In this document: in pieces, positions 1-7,528 of the stretch | Numbering within the stretch: position 1 is the stretch's first letter | Layout: each line of letters begins with the position of its first letter | Source: Kiritimatiellia bacterium | GTDB taxonomy: Bacteria > Verrucomicrobiota > Kiritimatiellia > RFP12 > UBA1067 | Length of the DNA: 64,000 nucleotides | Reading direction: 5' to 3' | Assembly: GCA_050949565.1 (NCBI GenBank) | Contig: JBMNFY010000017.1 | Coordinates: 1,120,001-1,184,000 of the forward strand | Made by a program: the position numbers and the translations under genes | Notes under the pieces: generated by a model | Databases searched by the model: none | Told to the model about the DNA's origin: nothing | What the model saw: only the letters and a program-made list of their open reading frames with translations

Positions 1-699
1 CGTATCCTGCTCCAGCAGGCTGGCACTGTCCTCCCGCTGTTCAACGGGCTTCCGGATGGGGAGGTCGCGCTGAGCGCACCGGATCTGGCTACGGCCTGCT
101 GGACCAATACCTTTATCCTGACTCCGACCGATCCGCGTTTGCGACTGGGAACACCGCTCTTCGCCGCCACCAACAGCGCACTGCGCCAGACGGCCACGCT
201 TGTCACCAACGCCGCACCGCAAGGCACCTACACCTTGACGGTCGTCTTGCAGGCGCTGACTAACGCCCATGCTGAGACGCGCCTGCTCCTGCCGGTAACG
301 GGTGCCGAGAATCGAAAAGACCAGCTTCTGCTCAAGCTCAATGCCAAGGTCGGCCAGCGCCTGACAGTCAGACCGGATCAGCTCTATCTGCGCGAGTCGC
401 CCCGTCCGACCCTCAACCGTTTCCTGCTGCGGACCGATACCGAGTCGGCCGATCCTGCGCTGCTGACCTGGACGCCGCAACTTGAAGGTATGACCGTGAC
501 GCCGCGGACCGTCAAGTCAAAGTCCAGCCTGTTGGTGACGCTGACGCTGACTCCGCAAGCCGTCAAAACGTGGTTGGCGCAACCGGAGGCGAGTTTGTCG
601 TTCGCCTACACCAACCACGCGCCCGCGATCATTCGCGTTTTACCTGCTTTGGAAGACGATGCTGATGCCGGCGCGGAGGAAGAGGAAGAAGAGGAGTAA
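1..699 (+). CDS. hypothetical protein, 5' end outside the window, acidic C-terminal tail
   Basis: Frame is open from base 1 to TAA at 697-699; ends DDADAGAEEEEEEE. Confidence 0.6.
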   Translation, partial: RILLQQAGTVLPLFNGLPDGEVALSAPDLATACWTNTFILTPTDPRLRLGTPLFAATNSALRQTATLVTNAAPQGTYTLTVVLQALTNAHAETRLLLPVTGAENRKDQLLLKLNAKVGQRLTVRPDQLYLRESPRPTLNRFLLRTDTESADPALLTWTPQLEGMTVTPRTVKSKSSLLVTLTLTPQAVKTWLAQPEASLSFAYTNHAPAIIRVLPALEDDADAGAEEEEEEE

Positions 700-783
700 T
701 CCTCCTAGATGTGTACGGCCTCCCACCGGGATGGAGCACGTCGAACGCCCAACGCCGAACTCAGAACTCAGAATGCAGAAGCA

Positions 784-1329
784 TTAAAACGTCACCAGCA
801 GCCCGTTCGCGACTTTACGCGCAGTTTCTTCGCCGGCAAAGTGCTGCACCAACACCAGTGCAAAGAGCATGGCTGTGCCCGGCCCTTGGCTGGTGATGAT
901 GTGGCCGTCGGCAATCACCGGCGCTTCGTCATACGCCTTGCCCAGAGCTTCCGCGCAGGCGGGATAACACGTGGCGCGCCGTCCTTTGAGCACGCCGGCC
1001 TGCGCCAGCACTGTGGGAGCGGCGCAGATGGCGGCCACAAATTTATCGGACTCAGCAAACGCCCGGAGCGTCGCAAGCACCCGCTGGTCGGCCGCCAGAT
1101 TTTCGGTGCCCAGTCCGCCGCCCGGCAGCACGATGGCACCGAAGGAGTCGATCTCCAGTTCGTCCCACACGGTATCGGCCAGCAGCACCACATCGCGTGA
1201 TCCCGCGACCGACCGATCATTGCCCAATGCGGCTGACACCACCTCAATCCCGCCGCGCCGCAAAACGTCGATCACTGTGACTGCCTCAATCTCCTCGACA
1301 CCATCCGCCAAAGGAACCAAAACACGCAT
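784..1329 (-). CDS. DJ-1/PfpI (YajL/ThiJ-like) family glyoxalase/deglycase
   Basis: GVEEIEAVTVIDVLRRGG, LPGG, AICAAP (catalytic Cys) and TSQGPGTA motifs; GGAGG RBS. Confidence 0.92.
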   Translation of the reverse strand: MRVLVPLADGVEEIEAVTVIDVLRRGGIEVVSAALGNDRSVAGSRDVVLLADTVWDELEIDSFGAIVLPGGGLGTENLAADQRVLATLRAFAESDKFVAAICAAPTVLAQAGVLKGRRATCYPACAEALGKAYDEAPVIADGHIITSQGPGTAMLFALVLVQHFAGEETARKVANGLLVTF

Positions 1330-1422
1330 CTTGTACCTCCTTGATTACACTCAAAATACTATGCCCGCCATCATAGCGTATCCAAAGAGTCGGCGCAAGA
1401 CCGCGAAAAACCGGATTCGGGG

Positions 1423-1451
1423 TTGACCCCTTTTGCGTCTCCCTTCATAAT
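1423..1451 (+). promoter_or_regulatory. sigma70-type promoter
   Basis: TTGACC-17 nt-CATAAT upstream of the ATG at 1491. Confidence 0.55.
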
Positions 1452-1490
1452 GGACCTAATCTAGTGAGAATTTTTTATTGGAGGGTACAC

Positions 1491-2933
1491 ATGCGACGTC
1501 GTGAGTTTTTGAAGGTAACCGCAGGCAGTGCGGCTTTTCCGCTGTTTTCGATCGGAGAGCCGGCTGCCGCAAAGAAGAAGATCCGGTTGGGACTTATCGG
1601 GTGCGGCGGCCGTATGGGGCTCGGCATACATTACGGTATTTTGAACAACATGTGCGGTCCGGACGAGGAGATCGTCTGCATGGCCGAGCCTGATCCGAAC
1701 CGGTGGGACAGGGTTCGCGCCGTGGTGAAGCACCATCAGCCGACGACGGACACCTCAAAAATCCGGGCCTTTTATGATTACCACGAGATGTTGGACAAGA
1801 TGGGGAACGAGATCGACGCTGTCGCGATCGCGACGCCCAATCACCATCACGCCCTCCCCGCCCTTCTTGCGATGGCGAAGGGCCTGCACGTCTTCGTCGA
1901 GAAGCCGATGGCGTTGACGATCGAAGAAGTGCGCCTCATGCACGCGGCGCAGAAAAAGTCCGGTGTCGCGACGCAGGTCGGCAACCATGGCCACAGCGAT
2001 GAGGGCATGCGCCGCCTCGTAGAATACATCCAGAGTGGCGCGATCGGTCAGGTCCGCGAGGTGTGGGCCTTCAATGACCGCCTGAACGCGATGATGTACA
2101 ATCCGCCGAAGGCCGATCCGCCGAAGGGCATGGATTGGGACGCATGGTGCGGGCCCGCGCCGATGCGCGATTATTACGCGCCGACCGAGGATCACAACGG
2201 CATCCATCCGCGCGACTGGCACGCATGGATCGGCTACGGCAACGGCGCGATCGGCAACATGGGAACGCACATCCTTGATCCCGTCTTCTGGGCGCTGCGC
2301 CTCGGCGAGGTGCATCCTACGAGCGTGGAAGCCACCGATCTCAAGTGGGGCGCGGAAGGGAGTTGGACGTGGCGCAACACGCTCCACTGGCAATTCCCCG
2401 CGCGCAAGGGCATGGATCCGCTGACGTTGCATTGGTATGACGGCGTCAAAGATGGCATCCCGTACAAAAAGACGCATGTGAATAAAATCGGCGTCTGCCT
2501 GAAGCGCGATTATCAGAACCTGCCGCCGATTATCGAGGAGCTTGAAAAGAAACACGGTCAAAACTTGGGTTGCCTTGGCACGGTGTACATCGGCGAGAAG
2601 GGAGCCATGGCGATCGGCCCGCACGGCAACGGCCTTCAGTTCGTCCCAGACTCGCTCAGGACGCAGCTCCCGAGTCCGCCGAAGACGATCCCGCGCGAGA
2701 AGGGCATGAACCACACTGAGGATTGGTTGCGCGCGATCCGCAACCCGAACCGTCCGGCCGGCTGTAACTTCGATTACTCTGCACCGCTTGCGACAACGGT
2801 GCTCCTCGGCAACGTGGCGGCCCGTGCGGGACTTAAGAAACTTGAATGGAATGGCACGAAGGTCACGAACGACGAGAGCGCGAACGCGTTTCTCAAGACG
2901 ACGTACCGTAAGGGCTGGGAGATTAAGGGATAG
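1491..2933 (+). CDS. Gfo/Idh/MocA family oxidoreductase with Tat signal
   Basis: MRRREFLK Tat motif, GLIGCGG, ATPNHHH, HVFVEKPM, GNMGTHILD; GGAGG RBS. Confidence 0.9.
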   Translation: MRRREFLKVTAGSAAFPLFSIGEPAAAKKKIRLGLIGCGGRMGLGIHYGILNNMCGPDEEIVCMAEPDPNRWDRVRAVVKHHQPTTDTSKIRAFYDYHEMLDKMGNEIDAVAIATPNHHHALPALLAMAKGLHVFVEKPMALTIEEVRLMHAAQKKSGVATQVGNHGHSDEGMRRLVEYIQSGAIGQVREVWAFNDRLNAMMYNPPKADPPKGMDWDAWCGPAPMRDYYAPTEDHNGIHPRDWHAWIGYGNGAIGNMGTHILDPVFWALRLGEVHPTSVEATDLKWGAEGSWTWRNTLHWQFPARKGMDPLTLHWYDGVKDGIPYKKTHVNKIGVCLKRDYQNLPPIIEELEKKHGQNLGCLGTVYIGEKGAMAIGPHGNGLQFVPDSLRTQLPSPPKTIPREKGMNHTEDWLRAIRNPNRPAGCNFDYSAPLATTVLLGNVAARAGLKKLEWNGTKVTNDESANAFLKTTYRKGWEIKG

Positions 2934-2975
2934 GATAACGTTCAACGCTCAACTTTTAACGTTCAAGTAAGGAAC

Positions 2976-3027
2976 GGGAGGGGCAAGCGTCTGCTTGCCC
3001 GCGGACGAGCAGACGCTCGTCCCTCCC
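2976..3027. repeat. REP-like palindromic doublet (family A)
   Basis: GGGAGGGGCAAGCGTCTGCTTGCCC-GC-GGACGAGCAGACGCTCGTCCCTCCC; near-identical copy at 30106-30157, half copies at 50117 and 57558. Confidence 0.8.
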
Positions 3028-3056
3028 CTCTGTGTAAGGAAAAGAAAGGGAAGACT

Positions 3057-4178
3057 ATGCTGAGAAGGGATTTTGTATCAATGGGATTGGCGAGCGCGGC
3101 ACTCGCGGGATATGCGGCAAAGTTGCCGAAAAAGGTGTCCACCGCCGTTGCCAAGGCGGATGGCGGCGGCGACAAGCGGATGCGCGGTCCGTTCCCGATT
3201 CTCTCCACGCCGTATCACGAGGACGGCAGCATGGATTACGAGTCGCTCAAACGCGGTGTGCGCTTCACAGCGGACAGTGAGTGTCCGGGCGTGATTTGGT
3301 GTCAGTCGAACGATGCGGTCGATCTGCTGACCTTTGAAGAGAAAGTGAAGGGGTATGAGGCATGTGCCGAGGCGATGCAGGACGTGAACTGCATGATGAC
3401 GTTCGGTTGCAACGGCGTGGACACGGCGCAGATGCTCCGCGAGACCGAGGCCGTCGAGCAGATCGCCAAGAAGTACCCGCGGACAAACATCGCGATCATC
3501 ACGCGTCCGCCAAGTACGGGCAAGACACTTGATGACGTGCGCGCCTACTACGAGGCACAGGCCAAAGTGGCGCAGCGCCCCGTGATCATCCAGACGGTCG
3601 TGAACAACACCTGCCCGTCCCCGACGGTCGATATGCTCATCGACCTCGCGCGGAAACATCCGAAGATTTTCGGGTACATCAAGGAGGAGTCGGGCGGCTC
3701 GAAGGCGAACGAGAACATGATCAAAGAAAACGCCGCAAAACCGATCATCCACACGGTATTCAGCGCGTGGGGCGGTTGGCAGTGGCTCTATCAAAGCCGC
3801 CGTTGCGGATCGGAAGGGCTCATTTCAGAGCGCTGCGCATATGCGCCGCTGCTTGGGTACATCTGGAAGCAGATGGAGAACAACGACCGCGACGGCAAGC
3901 TGACGCTTGCTTACGCGCTTTTCCGTCTCTTGATCGACCAGCGCGACTTCCCCGGCGGCTTGCGCGGGTATTCGCTCTATTACCTCCAGCGTCAGGGCGT
4001 GTTCAAGACCACCGTTTCGCGTGTCTACCAAAAAGCCGAGCAAAAAGAGCAAGGTATGGTAGCGACCGGCGACACCACAAGTTGGAAGCTCCACAACTTC
4101 AAGCTCACGGATCTTCAGAAAGCCGAACTCGACGAGTGCTACGACGATATGCTCCGTTTCGTGAAGGAAAATAGCTGA
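3057..4178 (+). CDS. dihydrodipicolinate synthase (DapA-like) family lyase/aldolase with Tat-like signal
   Basis: GPFPILSTPYHEDGSMDYESL N-terminus, LTFEEK, GYIKEES Schiff-base Lys region; MLRRDFV leader. Confidence 0.8.
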   Translation: MLRRDFVSMGLASAALAGYAAKLPKKVSTAVAKADGGGDKRMRGPFPILSTPYHEDGSMDYESLKRGVRFTADSECPGVIWCQSNDAVDLLTFEEKVKGYEACAEAMQDVNCMMTFGCNGVDTAQMLRETEAVEQIAKKYPRTNIAIITRPPSTGKTLDDVRAYYEAQAKVAQRPVIIQTVVNNTCPSPTVDMLIDLARKHPKIFGYIKEESGGSKANENMIKENAAKPIIHTVFSAWGGWQWLYQSRRCGSEGLISERCAYAPLLGYIWKQMENNDRDGKLTLAYALFRLLIDQRDFPGGLRGYSLYYLQRQGVFKTTVSRVYQKAEQKEQGMVATGDTTSWKLHNFKLTDLQKAELDECYDDMLRFVKENS

Positions 4179-4221
4179 GTTGTAGAGACGGCTCTCTGTG
4201 GCATGTACAGCGGTTTCGGTG

Positions 4222-4719
4222 ATGAACTCCGACTGCGTAAAAAACTGGCCAAAGAACGAGCGACCGCGTGAACGGCTGTTGGCCGAGGGTGCCGATAAAG
4301 TGTCGGATGCCGATCTCTTGGCCATTGTTCTGCGTGTAGGAAAGGGGACGTTTAAAAAAGGCGTCCAAGGGCAAAATGTCTCGGCATTCGCCCGGAGTCT
4401 GATTGCCCAGTTTGGGAGTCTGCGGGCGCTGGATCGCGCCCGAATCCAGGATTTGCTGAAAGAACTGGCGGACTACCGGAAGCGCATGAACGACCGCATT
4501 ACGACGGAAACCCGCGCCCTGCTCAAGGAACGTTTCCCGTATCCGATCTTTCTCTACGAAGCCGAGAAGGTCGGCATCACCGCCACCGGCGAGCAGGACC
4601 AGAATGAACTCTATCCCAACGACAACCTGCCTCCCGAAGTGACGCGCACCGCCGTCGAACTCTATCAGGACTTTCGCCGCGACCCGACGCCGTTCTTCAT
4701 CGAGGAGACGACGAAATGA
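4222..4719 (+). pseudogene. chimeric remnant: RadC N-terminus fused to the C-terminus of a type I-like N6 DNA methyltransferase
   Basis: WPKNERPRERLLAEGADKVSDADLLAIVLRVG (RadC N-terminus, no JAB domain) joined near 4460 to YPIFLYEAEKVGITATG..NEL (HsdM-like C-terminus). Confidence 0.65.
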
Positions 4720-4878
4720 CCGCTGCCGCCCTTGTCCGTCCAGCGCGAGATCATGGTGCGCGTGGCAGCCGGGCGCGAAGAAATTGCCCGCGAGACGGCG
4801 AAGGCTGAGCGTCTTTCCCGCGAGATCAACGACGAGATCGAAGCCTTGATCTTGGGCACGAAAAAGATTGGGGCATGA
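4716..4878 (+). pseudogene. HsdS (restriction specificity subunit) C-terminal remnant
   Basis: ATGA overlap with the upstream stop, then an out-of-frame PLPPLSVQREIMVRV...EIEALILGTKKIGA* (4720-4878), a typical HsdS C-terminal helix. Confidence 0.6.
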
Positions 4879-4946
4879 TCGAATGGGATATGCAGACGCA
4901 TATTGTGCTTTAACGAAATGAATCGTAGGCACGAATGGAGACAGAG

Positions 4947-4978
4947 AAAACAAAGGCCCCTCCGTTTCGGGAGGGGCC
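4947..4978 (-). terminator. rho-independent terminator of the DUF2188 gene
   Basis: On the minus strand GGCCCCTCCCGAAACGGAGGGGCC is followed by TTTGTTTT. Confidence 0.75.
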
Positions 4979-4993
4979 ACGGGATCCGATGTC

Positions 4994-5221
4994 CTATCTT
5001 TGGTCACGGGGCGGACAGGGATCGTTTCCGTAAGAAATGGAGTCACGAATCTGACCGTTTGGCCGATGAATCACGACTTCCAAACCTTCGCGTTTGCCAA
5101 GGTCTGTTGCCTGGCGCACGGCTTGCGTCTGCGTCGGGGCCACAAAGGAGGCCCTTCCAGCGTTGGGCCGCACAGCGGCCCAACCGTCCCCTCGGGGAAC
5201 TACATGGATTCTTTTTTCCAT
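4994..5221 (-). CDS. DUF2188 domain-containing protein
   Basis: HVVPRGDGWAAV..TQTQAVRQA..EVVIHRPNGQIRDSISYGNDPCPP; AAGGA RBS and own terminator. Confidence 0.88.
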   Translation of the reverse strand: MEKRIHVVPRGDGWAAVRPNAGRASFVAPTQTQAVRQATDLGKREGLEVVIHRPNGQIRDSISYGNDPCPPRDQR

Positions 5222-5274
5222 GTTTCGTTATCCTTCCGAACTGTCTGCCACACCGTTCATCGGCTGCCCGAACC

Positions 5275-5780
5275 GCCGACATCCGTAAGCTGTACGCGAA
5301 GAAGATGGAATATCTCGCCCGCGTCCGGGACGGGAGCACGGGGGAGATCGGCAACGGATACAGCGCCTGCCTGGCGGTCGCCTGCGAGAGCGGCGGCCGC
5401 CGGATCACGCCGTTGCACATGCGGCTGTGGTCGAGCGAGGCGGAGGGCTTCATCAGCCAGAACGACGAGGTGCTCGGCGTCATCGACCAGATCAGCTCCC
5501 GCGCGAAGAAGCGCGGCATCTACGTCATCGACCGCGGAGGCGACGGAGACTGGCTGTTCGACGGCCTGGACCGGCGCAAACTGGACTACATCGTGCGCCT
5601 CGTGGGCAACCGCAACCTGCTCCACGGCCGGCGGACCGCGCTGGCCGAAGAACTGGCGGCATCCTGCCCCATGAAGCACATCGAGATCGTCACGAGGGAG
5701 ACGGGGGACGGGGTGAAAAGCTATAAGCTGGAGTTCGGCGCCATGACCGTCGCCCTGCCGCAGAGGCCCGACAAGCCCTT
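5275..5780 (+). mobile_element. IS4-like DDE transposase internal fragment
   Basis: GC-rich segment encoding DIRKLYAKKMEYLARVRDGS..GY, VIDRGGD and YIVRLVGNRNL; lacks both termini and inverted repeats. Confidence 0.7.
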
Positions 5781-5793
5781 CGGAATCTGGGCA

Positions 5794-5822
5794 TTGACGG
5801 GGACGGCATCATATGCCATACT
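5794..5822 (+). promoter_or_regulatory. sigma70-type promoter upstream of a candidate sRNA
   Basis: TTGACG-17 nt-CATACT. Confidence 0.45.
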
Positions 5823-5879
5823 GTTCGTACTTTTGATCGGAACAGCATTCCCGTCTTAGTGACAGAATGTGATTTCCTT

Positions 5880-5907
5880 GGCCGGTGTTGTCGCATCGGC
5901 CTTTTAT
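5880..5907 (+). terminator. rho-independent terminator
   Basis: GGCCGGTG-TTGTCG-CATCGGCC stem followed by TTTTAT. Confidence 0.6.
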
Positions 5908-5917
5908 CGGTAATCAC

Positions 5918-5956
5918 GGTTGACAGAATAATAAATTATTGATGAGTTTGTCAACC
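5918..5956. promoter_or_regulatory. inverted-repeat operator/promoter of the XRE-ImmA gene
   Basis: GGTTGACA-N23-TGTCAACC perfect 8-bp inverted repeat containing TTGACA, with inner AATAAATTATT; 20 nt upstream of the start. Confidence 0.6.
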
Positions 5957-5976
5957 ACGATGAACGGAAGGAGGCC

Positions 5977-7152
5977 ATGATGAATGAAACAACCGTGTTG
6001 CGTGACTTGCGGATGAGCCGAGGCTGGTCCCTGCAAGACCTCGCCGAGAAGTTGGACGGTGCTGTCAGTCGGCAGTCGCTGCACAAGTACGAGAATGGTG
6101 ACGCGACGCCTTCGCCTTCGATTTTGACTAAACTTGCTCGTGTTTTTGGTGTGACCCCGCTTGAGTTGGTCACCGGGCCAGACTGTTTGGTTGAGATCAA
6201 GGCGTTTAGAAAGCGAGCCGGTTTGCGGGTCAAAACCGAAAAGTCGCTTCGCGATCAGTTTGTTGAAGAGGCGCAAAAGCGTTTCGCTGTACAGTTCAAG
6301 TGCGCAGGACAACTCCGAGTGAAAAAGGAACTTCAAGGAGTCTGTTCAGGAGAAGAGCCGGAGTGCGCCGCAAAAAAATTACGGCAACATTGGTCGCTTG
6401 GCGAAGCGGCCATCGCAAGCCTCACGATCACCATGGAAGATCATCAGATTCATGTGATCCCGCTCGATGCCGATGAGAAGTTTGACGGCGTTTGCGCAGT
6501 CGCCAAAGGCGCATCAGGTGCCCTGTGTGGTTACGCGGTTGGTGTTCGGAAAATGGAGTCTGGCGGACGTCAACGCCTGACGCTGGCGCATGAGCTTGGA
6601 CACCTCGTCCTTGACACAGAGGACGAAGATAAGGCGTTTCGCTTTGCCGGCGCACTATTGGCTCCGAAAGAAGTGATGTTTCGGAAACTCGGAGAGAAAC
6701 GAAACCGGATTAAAAGGGCGGAGTTGGACGCACTGAGTGAAGAATTTGGTATGAGTCCTGAGGCAATCATCCGTCGCGCATACGATTTGGAGATCATTAC
6801 CAAGGACTCTTACGCATTTTGGTCGAGACTTCTCCGCAAGAACGGAGTGAAAAAGGCAGACAACATCCCCAAGGAAGATAGTACATGGCTACATCGACAG
6901 GTCATGAAGGGCTATGCTGAGCGAATCATCACCGAAGAGCAGGCTCGCGACTGGCTAGGTGATGAACAGTTTAATCGGCTGATCGGACAGGACATGCACA
7001 CGACGCAATGGGATCTTCGCAAAAAGACCAAAGCTGAGCGTGCAGAACTTTTGAGCCAAGCGGCAGCGGCAGCGGAATCGTACTACAACAGTGACCGGTT
7101 CGACTGCGTCGCGGAGGCAGGGGAGGTACACGATGATGGCGGACTTGCCTGA
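5977..7152 (+). CDS. XRE-family HTH fused to an ImmA/IrrE Zn metallopeptidase, with an antitoxin-like C-terminal extension
   Basis: LRMSRGWSLQDLA..SRQSLHKYENG HTH; RQRLTLAHELGH (HExxH); EDKAFRFAGALLAP; AAGGAGG RBS. Confidence 0.9.
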   Translation: MMNETTVLRDLRMSRGWSLQDLAEKLDGAVSRQSLHKYENGDATPSPSILTKLARVFGVTPLELVTGPDCLVEIKAFRKRAGLRVKTEKSLRDQFVEEAQKRFAVQFKCAGQLRVKKELQGVCSGEEPECAAKKLRQHWSLGEAAIASLTITMEDHQIHVIPLDADEKFDGVCAVAKGASGALCGYAVGVRKMESGGRQRLTLAHELGHLVLDTEDEDKAFRFAGALLAPKEVMFRKLGEKRNRIKRAELDALSEEFGMSPEAIIRRAYDLEIITKDSYAFWSRLLRKNGVKKADNIPKEDSTWLHRQVMKGYAERIITEEQARDWLGDEQFNRLIGQDMHTTQWDLRKKTKAERAELLSQAAAAAESYYNSDRFDCVAEAGEVHDDGGLA

Positions 7153-7486
7153 GCGTGGAGAGATTTGGCTGGTCAGATTTGACCCGTCGGTCGGCGATGA
7201 GATCAGAAAAGAGCGTCCTGCTGTTGTGTTGTCGTCGACACGGCTTATTCGTCTCAAGCTGAGAATCGTTGTTCCGCTCACGGGCTGGTCTCCGGCGTTC
7301 GATCAATTCCCGTGGCACTACAAGGTGGAAGCCAATAAACAGACGGGGCTTTCAAAAACATCATCTGCAGATGCGCTTCAAATCAAGTCGGTTTCCGTCA
7401 TGCGGTTCGTCAAAAAACTCGGTTCGATTTCTGAAAGCGATCTCGATGAAATTACCCAAGCCGTAGCGATGTTGATTGATGGTTAG
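7133..7486 (+). CDS. PemK/MazF family toxin (endoribonuclease)
   Basis: RGEIWLVRFDPSVGDEIRKERPAVVLS, IVVPLT, QIKSVS; GGAGG RBS; overlaps the upstream gene by 20 nt. Confidence 0.92.
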   Translation: MMADLPERGEIWLVRFDPSVGDEIRKERPAVVLSSTRLIRLKLRIVVPLTGWSPAFDQFPWHYKVEANKQTGLSKTSSADALQIKSVSVMRFVKKLGSISESDLDEITQAVAMLIDG

Positions 7487-7528
7487 AGTGTGTGCCGAGT
7501 AGAAGACTGTTCAAAGGAGCCTGTTGTC

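Noticed and set aside
4903-5859. 318-aa ORF as one real gene
   Set aside because: Only 5275-5780 is transposase-like; the rest is antisense to DUF2188 or is regulatory sequence.
5794-5907. Type III toxin-antitoxin RNA array
   Set aside because: No tandem repeats, and the RNA is not adjacent to the toxin gene.
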